DNA of 64,000 nucleotides from Spirochaetia bacterium. GTDB taxonomy: Bacteria > Spirochaetota > Spirochaetia > CADAEX01. Below, in pieces: positions 31,580-42,150 of this stretch. Position numbers and translations under genes: made by a program. The DNA lies in the NCBI GenBank assembly GCA_963662795.1, contig OY759746.1, forward strand, positions 3,616,001-3,680,000, in the 5' to 3' direction. Below the pieces are notes generated by a model that did not search any database, was not told the origin of the DNA, and worked only from the letters and a program-made list of their open reading frames with translations. Numbering within the stretch: the first letter of the stretch is position 1; the number at the start of each line of letters is the position of its first letter.

Positions 31580-31580
31580 T

Positions 31581-31931
31581 TTGGCAATCGGTTATTTGCC
31601 TGCTCTGGTAATGGTGATTTTTACTGCGGCAGGGCATCTGATTTTTAAGTATTTTGCTTTAGAAGTTAAACTGCAGAAACCTTATACAAGAGCAATTGGA
31701 AGTCTGATTAATCCCTTTTTTGCTGCGGGAATACTCTTTACGGCAGTCGCTCCCCTTTTTTACTTCAAGGCGCTTGAGACACTTGAACTTTCAAAGGCAT
31801 TCAGCTTAACAGCTTTAAATCAAATAATTATTCCAGTATCAGGATTAATTCTTTTTAAAGAAAAATTTAACATAAAAAAAACATCAGGGATTATTCTTAT
31901 TGCTGCAGGCATAATTGTATGGAATACATGA
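31581..31931 (+). CDS. Small DMT/EamA-family membrane protein (ArnE/ArnF-like)
   Basis: Four TM helices; LELSKAFSL...LFKEK...GIILIAAGI. Confidence 0.75.
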   Translation: MAIGYLPALVMVIFTAAGHLIFKYFALEVKLQKPYTRAIGSLINPFFAAGILFTAVAPLFYFKALETLELSKAFSLTALNQIIIPVSGLILFKEKFNIKKTSGIILIAAGIIVWNT

Positions 31932-32863
31932 ACAGCAGCACCAGGGCGGACAAGAACATTTATCAAAGTAAAGCCGCCGGTAATGGGATGGAAAAACAGA
32001 ATAATCAGTCCGATTTTACAGAACTCAGTGTTGTAATCCCCTCTTTTAACGGCGGTTCTGTAATTGAAAAAACATGTATAGAAACCATTGCGGTTCTTGA
32101 TGGATTAACTGATAAATGGGAAATTCTCATAACAGACGACGGCAGTACAGACAACACCTGGGAAAAGATTAAATTACTTAACAATATGGATAAAAGGATA
32201 AAGGGCATACACCTTTCCAAAAACAGCGGCCAGCAGGAAGCAACCTATTACGGGCTGTTATATTCAGCAGGCGGAAAAGTAATTACAATGGATGATGATT
32301 TGCAGCATGATCCCAAATATATACCTCAAATGCTTGACTTTGGGGACGGAGGATATAGCTCAGACAGCAAAATCCTGAGGAACGGAGGATTTTTTATAGT
32401 ATTTGCCTCATCCCGCAATATATATTCCATAACAAGATCATTGGGATCATTGGCACACGATCTTTTTTTCTTTCTTTTTTTCAACAAACCATTCGGCGTT
32501 AAAATAACCGGCTTCAGGCTTCTATCCTGTGACCTTGTACAGAAAATAATCACATCAAAAAGAGATTTTATCTATATATCAGCAATAGCGTTAAGATTGA
32601 AACCCCGTATTTACACATTGGAAACTGACGCTGCCATAATTACCAACAGCAGATACAGTCTTTTTAAGCTTATACGACTTTTTTTTCTTCTTGTTGTGCA
32701 TTACACCCTCCCGGATTCACTTTATTTCAGCATAATGAAAACAATCAGGAATTTCCCAATAACAGATAAGAAGAGAAGCCCTGGATTTGTATCCCATAAA
32801 ACAGATAAATCATCAGTATCAGAGACAATTCCTGGAAATTTATCAACTAGAGTAAAGGACTGA
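31928..32863 (+). CDS. GT2 glycosyltransferase, ArnC/GtrB-like
   Basis: SVVIPSFN, DDGSTD, NSGQQ, MDDDLQHDP; ATGA overlap with the upstream gene. Confidence 0.88.
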   Translation: MNSSTRADKNIYQSKAAGNGMEKQNNQSDFTELSVVIPSFNGGSVIEKTCIETIAVLDGLTDKWEILITDDGSTDNTWEKIKLLNNMDKRIKGIHLSKNSGQQEATYYGLLYSAGGKVITMDDDLQHDPKYIPQMLDFGDGGYSSDSKILRNGGFFIVFASSRNIYSITRSLGSLAHDLFFFLFFNKPFGVKITGFRLLSCDLVQKIITSKRDFIYISAIALRLKPRIYTLETDAAIITNSRYSLFKLIRLFFLLVVHYTLPDSLYFSIMKTIRNFPITDKKRSPGFVSHKTDKSSVSETIPGNLSTRVKD

Positions 32864-32868
32864 TTAAA

Positions 32869-34158
32869 ATGGATAAAAAATCCATATTGATACTCGGAGG
32901 CGGCAGCAGCCAGATAAATCTTATTAAAAAATCAAAAAGCATGGGCCTTTTTACAATCCTGGCAGATATTAATCCGGATGCGCCGGGAAGGGAATTCTGC
33001 AGCAAGTTCGAAAAAGTCAGCACTTTTGACTATATCGGAGCGCTAAAGGCTGCAGAGAGGAATTCTATTGATGCTGTTGCTACGGCGGGAACTGATCAGC
33101 CGGTATATACTAGCGCATATATAGCAGATAAACTTTCACTTCCCCAGTTTTTAACGCCTGAAAAAGCACTTACGGTGACGAACAAAAAACATATGAAATC
33201 TGTTTTTAAATCAGCTAAAATAAAAACAGCTGCTTATATACTTTTAGATAAAAATTCAAAAGAAACTGATATTCAGGTTCTCAAGCCGCCCTTTGTCCTT
33301 AAACCGCTTGATAGTCAGGGGCAGCGGGGGGTCATGAAATTAAACACCAGTAAGGATGTCCTTTCCAATATTGAGTATGCACTATCTTTTTCAAGAGAAA
33401 CCTCTGTTATTCTTGAAGAATATTACGATTCAGATGAGATAACATTAAGCGGCTGGGTAAAAGATGGCAAGCTGTATATATTGAGTGTGACAGACAGGGT
33501 GACTTTTGATAATTTACCTTCCATAGGGATTTGCTTATCACATCAATATCCCTCAACCTATTCCTCATCCCATAAAGATGGGATTATCGGTCTGACAGAA
33601 AATATAATAAAAGCTTTCAAAATTGAAAACGGCCCAATATATTTTCAATATCTGATTGGAAATGACGGTATATATGTTAACGAAATAGCATGCAGACTTG
33701 GGGGGGCCTACGAAGATGAATTTATACCCCATACGTCCGGAATAGATATTACAGAAATATTAATTAAAGGCTCTTTAGGAGAAACTATTCCGGATAAAAT
33801 ATTTTCCAGGATAAAACCATCTTCATTATTCTTTAACGGACAATATTTCTCAACCCTGCTACTTTTTTCAAAACCCGGTCTGATTAAACAGCTGTCATTC
33901 CCTGATAACGAAGAACAGGATGACAATATTCTTTCTTCAAAATTCATAATTAACAGCAACACAAAAATCAATCCGGTAGTAAATTCGACACAAAGAGCTG
34001 GATATGCAATACTGAAAAATTGTAATATAAATACCATTAACAGTTCTATCAAATATTTTATTGAAAATACGAAAATATCAGATGAAAAGGGATGCAATCT
34101 ATTAGTCAGTGATTTTGATTTACTGAGTTATAAAACAAGGAGACGGTTTAGTGTTTAA
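32869..34158 (+). CDS. ATP-grasp domain carboxylate-amine ligase
   Basis: ILILGGG, LKPLDSQGQRGV, LEEY, NEIACRLGG. Confidence 0.88.
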   Translation: MDKKSILILGGGSSQINLIKKSKSMGLFTILADINPDAPGREFCSKFEKVSTFDYIGALKAAERNSIDAVATAGTDQPVYTSAYIADKLSLPQFLTPEKALTVTNKKHMKSVFKSAKIKTAAYILLDKNSKETDIQVLKPPFVLKPLDSQGQRGVMKLNTSKDVLSNIEYALSFSRETSVILEEYYDSDEITLSGWVKDGKLYILSVTDRVTFDNLPSIGICLSHQYPSTYSSSHKDGIIGLTENIIKAFKIENGPIYFQYLIGNDGIYVNEIACRLGGAYEDEFIPHTSGIDITEILIKGSLGETIPDKIFSRIKPSSLFFNGQYFSTLLLFSKPGLIKQLSFPDNEEQDDNILSSKFIINSNTKINPVVNSTQRAGYAILKNCNINTINSSIKYFIENTKISDEKGCNLLVSDFDLLSYKTRRRFSV

Positions 34159-35113
34159 GCAAAAATTCCTGTCACTTATATTACTGTTAATTTTCCTTTC
34201 CGGAATACTTTTTATTGTTTCCTGCAGCGGAAAAAAAGAAACCGGGGGCAATAAAAAACTGGTTATCGCGGAACAGTTCGGGCTTGCTTATGCCCCGCTT
34301 CAGATAATCAGGACCAACAAAATTCTTGAAAAGGAACTTCCCGGATGGGAAATAAAATGGGAAAAGCTGGTAAACACCGCATCAATAAGAGAAGCAATGC
34401 TTTCAGGAAATCTTGATGTCGGATTTATGGCAATTCCACCATTTTTAATCGGGTACAGCAACGGTATGAAATGGAAAATGTTTACAGGCCTAAGTTCTGT
34501 ACCGGTCGGCCTTGTAACATGGAAGGATAATATCAAAACGCTTTCTGATTTTACAGGCAATGACAGAATAGCGCTTCCGCAGCCCGGGAGTATTCAGCAT
34601 ATGCTTCTTTCAATGGCAGCTGAAAAACAACTTGGGAATGCCGGCTATTTTGACAATATGCTTATCACAATGGCGCATCCTGATGGAATGAATGCGCTTT
34701 TACAGAAAAAAGATGTAACGGCGCACTTTACATCACCCCCATTTATAATGCAGGAACTGAAAATACCCGGGTTCAGGCTGATATTAAGCGGAAAAGAAGC
34801 GGCAGGCAGTGATTTTACCTTTGCTGTCGGAACAGTAACTGACAGCTTCTCATCAAAAAATCCGGAAGCAGTGGAAGCAATTATTAATGCAATTAAAAAA
34901 GCTTCACAAATTATTAAAAATGAGCCTGATAAATCTGCTGAAACACTGTCACGGGAATATCAGTCAGATAAGGAAGAAATACTGGAATATATTAAACGGG
35001 ATGATATTATATACTCTACAGGAATAAACGGTACAAATATTTTTATTGATTACATGAAAAAAAGCGGCTACATTAAGTCTGATATAAATTTTACCGGTAT
35101 TTATTACAAATGA
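34151..35113 (+). CDS. NitT/TauT (SsuA-like) ABC substrate-binding lipoprotein
   Basis: Lipobox IVSC; QFGLAYAPL, IALPQPGSIQH; followed by the permease and ATPase. Confidence 0.85.
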   Translation: MFKQKFLSLILLLIFLSGILFIVSCSGKKETGGNKKLVIAEQFGLAYAPLQIIRTNKILEKELPGWEIKWEKLVNTASIREAMLSGNLDVGFMAIPPFLIGYSNGMKWKMFTGLSSVPVGLVTWKDNIKTLSDFTGNDRIALPQPGSIQHMLLSMAAEKQLGNAGYFDNMLITMAHPDGMNALLQKKDVTAHFTSPPFIMQELKIPGFRLILSGKEAAGSDFTFAVGTVTDSFSSKNPEAVEAIINAIKKASQIIKNEPDKSAETLSREYQSDKEEILEYIKRDDIIYSTGINGTNIFIDYMKKSGYIKSDINFTGIYYK

Positions 35114-35880
35114 AAAAGCCAATACTGTTAAAATTTCTCTGGATCTGTTTCTTTATTACCCTTTGGGAAGCAGTACGGCTTACAGGGAATTTTTCTCCGC
35201 TTGTATATCCATCATTATTATCAATAATTAAATCTCTTTTCCATGCATTTTCCAATGAAGGGATTGCAGTTCAGCTTTTACTTTCTTTCGCAGTTATTGC
35301 GTTTGGTATTACCGCCGGTATTATTCTTGCCATGGGCGCTGTAATGGCGGCACATTCTTCTGCATTATTTGAATCATTTCTAAAAATTGTTATTTCAATT
35401 TTCCATCCCCTTCCCGGAATAGCGCTTCTGCCGGTACTGCTTTTATGGGTCGGGACAGGGATCGAATCAATTCTGATAATAGTCCTTCATTCAGTTATCT
35501 GGCCGCTGATTACAAACCTGTATACAGGCTACAAATCAATCCCTGCAACATATACACTTGTTGCAGATAATTATTCTATGGGGAAAAAGGACAGATTTTT
35601 AAAAATTACTCTACCGGCATCACTGCCCTATTTTCTTGCAGGCTCGCGTATAGCATTTGCAAGGTCATGGCGTGCCCTGATAAGTGCAGAAATGCTTTTT
35701 GGAGCCGCAGGAGGGAAAGGCGGGATCGGGTGGTTTTTATATAACAAAAGGGTTTTTATGGATTCATCAGGGCTGTTTGCAGGGCTTCTCGTTATTGTAT
35801 TTGCAGGAATACTGACTGAAGAAGTTTTTTTCACCATTTTTGAAAACAAAACAGTGAAAAAATGGGGAATGTCCACATGA
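35110..35880 (+). CDS. NitT/TauT ABC permease
   Basis: HPLPGIALLP, LPASLPY, WRALISAEM. Confidence 0.9.
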   Translation: MKKPILLKFLWICFFITLWEAVRLTGNFSPLVYPSLLSIIKSLFHAFSNEGIAVQLLLSFAVIAFGITAGIILAMGAVMAAHSSALFESFLKIVISIFHPLPGIALLPVLLLWVGTGIESILIIVLHSVIWPLITNLYTGYKSIPATYTLVADNYSMGKKDRFLKITLPASLPYFLAGSRIAFARSWRALISAEMLFGAAGGKGGIGWFLYNKRVFMDSSGLFAGLLVIVFAGILTEEVFFTIFENKTVKKWGMST

Positions 35881-36632
35881 ATGATTATCTTGAAATTAAA
35901 AATCTTTCTTTTTCATATACTGATGATAATCAGGGAAGAAAAAATACCAGGAAGGTCATCGACAATATTTCCTTCAATCTTCAGAAAAAAACTCTCCTTT
36001 GTATTCTTGGTCCCTCAGGATGCGGCAAAACTACACTCCTGAAAATTATCGCTTCAATGGTTCCTCCATCTGCCGGGAAAGTACTTTTTGACGGAAAAGA
36101 ACTTAAAAACCCTGATGCCGGCCGTATTTTAATATTTCAGGACGATAATCAGCTTTTCCCATGGCTTAATGTTATTGAGAATATTTTAATGCCATTGAAA
36201 TTATTCCGTATAAACAACAGAGATAATATAGCTATGGATATAATAAATAAGGTAGATCTTACAGGATTTGAAAATTATTACCCGCACAGGCTTTCGGGAG
36301 GAATGAAAAAAAGAGCGGGAATCGCAAGAGCGCTTGCAACATCACCGGAGCTCCTGCTGATGGATGAACCATTCGGGAGTCTGGATGCCCAGACAAGGAA
36401 AAAACTGCATAAACTTGTGCTTGAGATTAAAGAAAAAACTGATTTGACTGTCATATTTGTAACACATGATATCCATGAAGCTATTTTTCTTGCTACTGAT
36501 ATTGCGGTTATAGGCAAATCAGGTACGATCGCTTATCAGATAAAAAACAATTTTTCAGGAATTTCAGATTTTTCTGTTACCGGATTTTCAGACTTTTACA
36601 ATAAACTTTATTCCTTTATTGATGAGCCGTAA
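35877..36632 (+). CDS. NitT/TauT ABC ATP-binding protein
   Basis: GPSGCGKT, LFPWL, LSGGMK, LLMDEPF, VTHD. Confidence 0.93.
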   Translation: MNDYLEIKNLSFSYTDDNQGRKNTRKVIDNISFNLQKKTLLCILGPSGCGKTTLLKIIASMVPPSAGKVLFDGKELKNPDAGRILIFQDDNQLFPWLNVIENILMPLKLFRINNRDNIAMDIINKVDLTGFENYYPHRLSGGMKKRAGIARALATSPELLLMDEPFGSLDAQTRKKLHKLVLEIKEKTDLTVIFVTHDIHEAIFLATDIAVIGKSGTIAYQIKNNFSGISDFSVTGFSDFYNKLYSFIDEP

Positions 36633-36658
36633 TTCCTTCCGGTTATTCCTGATACTGT

Positions 36659-38317
36659 TTAATCTGGTTGAACTTTATAGATTTTTACCAGGTATTCTTT
36701 TTTTTTCATATAATCAACAATTCTGACCGGATATATTTTTTTTCTTAAAGTTTTGACAAGAGTACATTTATTATTAAGAAAAGAGAGGGCTTCATCATAA
36801 TAACTGTAAACATTCCCATAAAGATCATTCCAGACAGGCCTTTCCTGCGCTATAATATCCAGTTCCTCTGTCCAGATGATATATTCAATTTTATTTAGTT
36901 CAATGTAATCGCTGAATTTTATTTTTTTTTCTATTACCTGATCAAGATCGTTATATGAACAAAGTCTACCGTAATCAAGGTTAAAAGCCAGATTTGTATT
37001 TGCAAGAATTTTTCCGCTATCACCTGTTAACTCCGTTATTTCCCTGGAATACTCATTATAGCTGATATCTTTCCAGCTATTTACCTCTGAGTAAGCCTTT
37101 GCAATCTGGTATAACAATAATACGGAAAAAGATATAAACAGAATAAATGCAGCAAAAACATTATTATTTATTCTTTTTCTTGATTTTTTACTTCTTAAAA
37201 CCACATCCATTCCTGTTTGCATATCAACATAATCTTCCTCCGTCCCTGTTTTCATATTATAAAGAATGTCTGCCTCCGTCCCCAATAAAATCCATAATAC
37301 AGGAAAGAGAAAAAAGATTGATGGAGGACTGTATTTACCTATAACAACTATTCCTGCAGCAATGCCGGCAGAAAACAATACTAAAGGGAAAATACGTTTT
37401 CTTGATTTTTCAACTAAAAAGACCAGCAATAAAGCAATTATAAGAGCTGCTGCAAATATATAAAATTGTCCTCTGATATCAGGGAGATAATAAGTTCCCT
37501 GAATCTGATAATATATCTTGTATAAAAATCTGGGAAAGGCAAGCAATTTAATAAACAAAGAATCCCCTACACCGTGTCTTGAACCAAAATTATAATAGTG
37601 ATTTAAAAAATCTCCATCCATAATTAAGCTTGCAAAAAGGGCAATTACCCCGAAGATTATTGTGATAAAAACATATAATCCAAGAATTTTGATTACAATG
37701 GAGATTTTATTTTTTTTATATAAAACTGTAGCGGCAAGAAAAGGGATTATTCCTGTAAAAATAATAAAACTGTTAGGGTGTATAAAAATCGAAAAACCGG
37801 ATAAAAACGATGCCATTAAAATCAGTCTTCTGAAATTATCCTTATCAATACCTGCAATAATAACAAGCTGTATAACTGCAAACAGATAAATAATTATTTC
37901 CTGTCTGGCAAAACGGGATATGTAAATATACTGGATATCAGTAATTATCAGCAGTAAAGTAAATATTCTGATAAAATTGGAACTGATATATTTTTTTATT
38001 AATAAATTTAGAAAATACAGCACAAAGACTGATGCAATAATTGAAATCAATCTTGCTGAATTAATAGAAAAATCCATCATTAGAAAAGGTAGCTGAATAA
38101 TATGAAATAGCAGTTTTACAGCATGCGGGAATCTTTCTGTTATTCTGAAAAACTCTTCAGTGGCAGCAGGATTTTTTTCAGTTATAATAGACCGCGTAAG
38201 GGAAGCCAGCCAGGCTTCATCTGAATGTACAAAAGGATATGAATCGAGATAAAAGAGATTAAGTAAAAAATAAAGTGCCAGTAAAAAAAATATCAGTTTA
38301 CTTTTTGCCACATTCAT
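36659..38317 (-). CDS. ArnT/PMT-like GT-C membrane glycosyltransferase
   Basis: Polytopic; HSDE motif in the first external loop, ARLIS, SRFARQE. Confidence 0.75.
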   Translation of the reverse strand: MNVAKSKLIFFLLALYFLLNLFYLDSYPFVHSDEAWLASLTRSIITEKNPAATEEFFRITERFPHAVKLLFHIIQLPFLMMDFSINSARLISIIASVFVLYFLNLLIKKYISSNFIRIFTLLLIITDIQYIYISRFARQEIIIYLFAVIQLVIIAGIDKDNFRRLILMASFLSGFSIFIHPNSFIIFTGIIPFLAATVLYKKNKISIVIKILGLYVFITIIFGVIALFASLIMDGDFLNHYYNFGSRHGVGDSLFIKLLAFPRFLYKIYYQIQGTYYLPDIRGQFYIFAAALIIALLLVFLVEKSRKRIFPLVLFSAGIAAGIVVIGKYSPPSIFFLFPVLWILLGTEADILYNMKTGTEEDYVDMQTGMDVVLRSKKSRKRINNNVFAAFILFISFSVLLLYQIAKAYSEVNSWKDISYNEYSREITELTGDSGKILANTNLAFNLDYGRLCSYNDLDQVIEKKIKFSDYIELNKIEYIIWTEELDIIAQERPVWNDLYGNVYSYYDEALSFLNNKCTLVKTLRKKIYPVRIVDYMKKKEYLVKIYKVQPD

Positions 38318-38357
38318 AATTTAAGATATTTTATCAGCAGTTGAGAAAAGTTTACAT

Positions 38358-38395
38358 AAAAAAAGCTGCCGTTCTGAATATTCATATACGGCAGC
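38358..38395 (-). terminator. Terminator of the sulfur-transfer operon
   Basis: GCTGCCGT / ACGGCAGC stem followed by U7 on the minus strand. Confidence 0.75.
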
Positions 38396-38434
38396 CCTTT
38401 CTGATTTCAATAGCAGAAAGCTATTATCATCTTA

Positions 38435-39382
38435 TTACTGGGCAACGACAGGATATCCCTGGTTTGTCCATCCCATCGGAGCATTCTTGGGAACACCCAT
38501 TCCGCCTTTCAGCGAAACTGCGTCATAACCGAGGAGCCTTAAAGCTGCTACAGTCTGTCCCGCAGTCTGACCTGAATAACAGTAGATAATAATTTTTTTA
38601 TCTGAAGGCAGGGACTGAAAAGAAGAATCCATACCAGATGCAAACGGGATATTAATCGCACCGTCTATGTGCCCTTTCGCATAATCTTCAGCTCTTCTGA
38701 TTGAAACAAAAACAGCAGATTTATCTTTTGCATCAAAAATGGCTTTAGCATTGGCTTCGCTGATAATATTGCTGGCAAATGGGGTGTCCTTGATCGATGC
38801 GAATCTCTCAAAATATTCAGTAACTTTTTTTGCTATAACAGGATTTACATCATATTTTTTTGTCATATTAAGCTCAGCTGTCTCAGTTGTTGTAATTGCC
38901 TCATAGCCGGGAACTTTTGAAATTCCGAAATTCCAGCCGAAAGCCACAGATTTAACAGGAATACCAGCTGCATTCATCAGCATACCTGCCTGTGCAGCTG
39001 TCTGACCTGAATAGCAGTAGATGTATACATTCCCTTCATGAGGAAGATAGGCAAGTTTTTCAGCAACAGGCATACCCCAGGGAACACTAACTGCACCTTT
39101 TACATGGCCTTTCGCGTAATCTGCCGCTGATCTTGCGTCTATTACAAACATCTGTTCGCCAGCTTTTACTTTTTCAACAAAGTCAGCTTCCTTGATCTGA
39201 TAGTTTGTATGTGCAGCCAGATCTGCATAATAATTTTTTACCGCTTCTGCCGCATAATTTACTTTCATTTCTGCAGCAGGGGATGCGGCAGGTGCTTCTT
39301 TAGCGCCTGTAGCCCAAACAGTAGATGCTGTAGTACTTAGCAGCATTATAAGCGCGATCTTTAAAAATAAAAATTTTTTCAT
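38435..39382 (-). CDS. Exported tandem rhodanese-domain protein with two Cys active sites
   Basis: Signal peptide; two repeats of YAKGH(V/I)xGA and YCYSGQTA. Confidence 0.88.
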   Translation of the reverse strand: MKKFLFLKIALIMLLSTTASTVWATGAKEAPAASPAAEMKVNYAAEAVKNYYADLAAHTNYQIKEADFVEKVKAGEQMFVIDARSAADYAKGHVKGAVSVPWGMPVAEKLAYLPHEGNVYIYCYSGQTAAQAGMLMNAAGIPVKSVAFGWNFGISKVPGYEAITTTETAELNMTKKYDVNPVIAKKVTEYFERFASIKDTPFASNIISEANAKAIFDAKDKSAVFVSIRRAEDYAKGHIDGAINIPFASGMDSSFQSLPSDKKIIIYCYSGQTAGQTVAALRLLGYDAVSLKGGMGVPKNAPMGWTNQGYPVVAQ

Positions 39383-39411
39383 TTAAATACCTCTTTGTTA
39401 TTTTTCTTTAT

Positions 39412-40323
39412 TTATGAATTATCTGATGAATTAATCATATAAACCGGTTTTTCCGGTTTAAACACAGGATTCATGGGATTGGCAATCCACTCAACCCATG
39501 CTCCGTCATATAATTTCAGGTTTCTATAACCAGCATTATAAAGAGCAAGATATGTCTGAGCACCTCTTATAGAAGTTTTACAGTACATATAAATCTCCTT
39601 ATCATAATCAATCTTCTCCTGAAGATATCTTATCCTTATCTGCTGCACCGGTTTATAAGTACCGTCACTGAAATTATTATCCTTATAGTTTAAAAGAACT
39701 GAACCAGGTATAGTGCCTTCCTCTTCATATTCTTTCTGTGACCTTGTATCAATAATTACTGCATCTGAGCGTGGATTATCAACGAGCTCCCTTAAATCGT
39801 CACGTACTGCTATCATATTCTTTCTTTCTTCTGAAATACTGTATGTCTTAGTTTCTCTTGAGACAGCCTGATCTGATACTTTTGCACCTTCAGACAGCAG
39901 GGCGTTAAGACCGCCGCTGACAACCTTTACAGTATCATTTCCATAATACTTTAATGTCCACCATAATCTGGCAGAATCCATATTGTCGTTATTATCATAG
40001 ACAACAATCAGCATGGAATTATCAATGCCCTTCCTGCCCATCAGTTCTTCGATCTGAACGGCAGGAGCCAGCATATTAATATATGGTGTATTAACTACGA
40101 TGTCTGCTCTTGAGATGTTTACCGCACCCTCAATATGTCCATTACTGTAGTCAGGGAAATTCCTGGCATCAATAAGAACTGTTTTACCATCGCTTATCAG
40201 ACTAATAGCTTCTTTAGCAGTGATTATTTCTGTATTTATTTCACCAGGTGCTTTCTGTCCGCAGGAGAATAGCAGCACAGTGAACAGTAAAACTGAAAAA
40301 AATATTCCGTATTTTAGTTTCAC
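39412..40323 (-). CDS. Two-domain sulfurtransferase (TST/SseA-like), lipoprotein
   Basis: Lipobox LLFSC; GHIEGA, SARLWW, IDTRS, YCKTSIRG, YDGAWVEW. Confidence 0.88.
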   Translation of the reverse strand: MKLKYGIFFSVLLFTVLLFSCGQKAPGEINTEIITAKEAISLISDGKTVLIDARNFPDYSNGHIEGAVNISRADIVVNTPYINMLAPAVQIEELMGRKGIDNSMLIVVYDNNDNMDSARLWWTLKYYGNDTVKVVSGGLNALLSEGAKVSDQAVSRETKTYSISEERKNMIAVRDDLRELVDNPRSDAVIIDTRSQKEYEEEGTIPGSVLLNYKDNNFSDGTYKPVQQIRIRYLQEKIDYDKEIYMYCKTSIRGAQTYLALYNAGYRNLKLYDGAWVEWIANPMNPVFKPEKPVYMINSSDNS

Positions 40324-40332
40324 AATACCTCC

Positions 40333-41568
40333 TTATATCAGACTCTTGAGTTTTTCAATAATCGCCGGTTTTGAGCAATCCATGGATCCGTCAATAACTA
40401 CACCATCTTTGGTATAAAAAATGGTCATTGGCGATGCTGTACAGTCAAGTCTGTCGCAAAGTGATCTGCCTTTATAAATATCTATAAAATTGAGTTTAAC
40501 CTTATCTTCGAATTCCTTTTCAATTTCCTGAAGCATTGGCATAAGTTCCCTGCTGGGAGCATCAATAGCTGAATAAATATAAATCATGCCGATTTTTTCT
40601 TTCTGCATAATCTGATTTCTGAACATTTCGGATTCCGCTATATATTTTTCAGCACCAACGCCGGCAATTGAACCGTCACCAACAGCAGTAGCGACCTGTT
40701 TAAGTTCTTTTTCCCTGATATCACCGCAGGCTAATACACCGGGAATATCAGTACGCATTTTTTCATCAGTTGTTACATAGCCCTGTTTGGTTAGTTTTAA
40801 CTGATCCTTGAATATCTCCGAATTAGGCAGATAACCAATAAATTCAAAACATGTATCAGCAATTACAGTATCAAGATCACCAGTCTTAAGATTTTTTAGT
40901 ATTACTTTTTCAAGTCTCTCTTCTCCCTCAAAAGAATTGACAACTGTATTCCATTTGAATTCCATTTTCGGGTTAGCAAGAGCCTGTGCTTTTGCAATCT
41001 CATTACAGTCCATTTTGCCTGTATCATGAATTACTGAAACAATTACTTTTTTTGCGAATTTCGTAAGAAACATCCCTTCTTCGATGGCAGCATCACCGCT
41101 TCCGATAACCATTACAGTTTTATCTGTATTAGCCGCAGCATCACATGTAGCGCAAAAGGAAATACCTTTATCAAAAAGGAATTTCTCTTCGTTTACAGCC
41201 CCTGTTGTTCTTGGCCTTCCGCCGGATGCTATTATAACAACTTTACATTCAAAAATATTTCTGAATGTTTCAACTTCCTTGATTTCATTTTCCATTCTGA
41301 CGGTTTTTACATCTGTCAGCTTGAAATTAACGCCGAAGTTCTTAGCCTGCTGATGGAACTTGTTCATCAGTTCAAGCCCGGTTAATGAATCCGGAAAGCC
41401 GGGGAAATTCCCGATTTCGTTTGTATAAGTCGCAAGCCCACCGATGAGGGCTTTTTCTATTACAAGTGTATTAAGTCTTGCTCTGCCGCAGTATATTGCG
41501 GCAGTTAATCCGGAAGCTCCGCCACCAATTATGACGACATCGTATCGTTCTCTTGTTTTTTCTCTCAT
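40333..41568 (-). CDS. Thioredoxin reductase-like flavoprotein with a C-terminal thioredoxin-like extension
   Basis: GGGASG, SFCATCD, GSGDAAIEE, GDIR, QVATAVGDG; about 100 extra C-terminal residues. Confidence 0.88.
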   Translation of the reverse strand: MREKTRERYDVVIIGGGASGLTAAIYCGRARLNTLVIEKALIGGLATYTNEIGNFPGFPDSLTGLELMNKFHQQAKNFGVNFKLTDVKTVRMENEIKEVETFRNIFECKVVIIASGGRPRTTGAVNEEKFLFDKGISFCATCDAAANTDKTVMVIGSGDAAIEEGMFLTKFAKKVIVSVIHDTGKMDCNEIAKAQALANPKMEFKWNTVVNSFEGEERLEKVILKNLKTGDLDTVIADTCFEFIGYLPNSEIFKDQLKLTKQGYVTTDEKMRTDIPGVLACGDIREKELKQVATAVGDGSIAGVGAEKYIAESEMFRNQIMQKEKIGMIYIYSAIDAPSRELMPMLQEIEKEFEDKVKLNFIDIYKGRSLCDRLDCTASPMTIFYTKDGVVIDGSMDCSKPAIIEKLKSLI

Positions 41569-41589
41569 TACTTTTCCTTGAGTTTTTAA

Positions 41590-42135
41590 TTACATAAAAT
41601 ATTTAACAAGCAATTTGCTGCCGATCATGGCTCCTATAAAAAGGAAAAATCCAAATACCCAGCCGGAAAGAGACAAAGATGATATACCACTGTAAAACGC
41701 TCCAATATTGCATCCCTGTGCAATTCTTGCCCCGTAACCCATAAATAAACCACCAAGTATGGCAGCAAGAACCTGCCTTGAGGATTTTAATTTTTTAAAT
41801 TTGAAACCGGAGGCTATCAGTGTCGCGAAAAGAGCCCCGGTAATAATGCCTACATTTCTCATTGACGCAAAATCATTGAGAAAACCCCGTTCCAAAGTAT
41901 TTCTAGCACCTTCACTGGCAAAATAATACCATTTATCTACCGAACCGCCTGCAAATTCATATATCCAGGCTCCCCAGTTGGCAAATGCAGCAGATACACC
42001 CCAAGGGTTACCTGTTACAGCAAAAGTCACAATCTGGAAAACTGACAGTAATATGGCTCCGGTTAGATACGGCCATGCATCTTTTAACCACAGTATGTAG
42101 TAATCATTGGTTTTAATTTTATCAGTCAGCTTCAT
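41590..42135 (-). CDS. YeeE/YedE sulfur-compound transporter, half corresponding to the C-terminal part
   Basis: PWGVS, GGLFMGYGARIAQGCNIGAF. Confidence 0.88.
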   Translation of the reverse strand: MKLTDKIKTNDYYILWLKDAWPYLTGAILLSVFQIVTFAVTGNPWGVSAAFANWGAWIYEFAGGSVDKWYYFASEGARNTLERGFLNDFASMRNVGIITGALFATLIASGFKFKKLKSSRQVLAAILGGLFMGYGARIAQGCNIGAFYSGISSLSLSGWVFGFFLFIGAMIGSKLLVKYFM

Positions 42136-42150
42136 TGATCCCTCCAGGGG

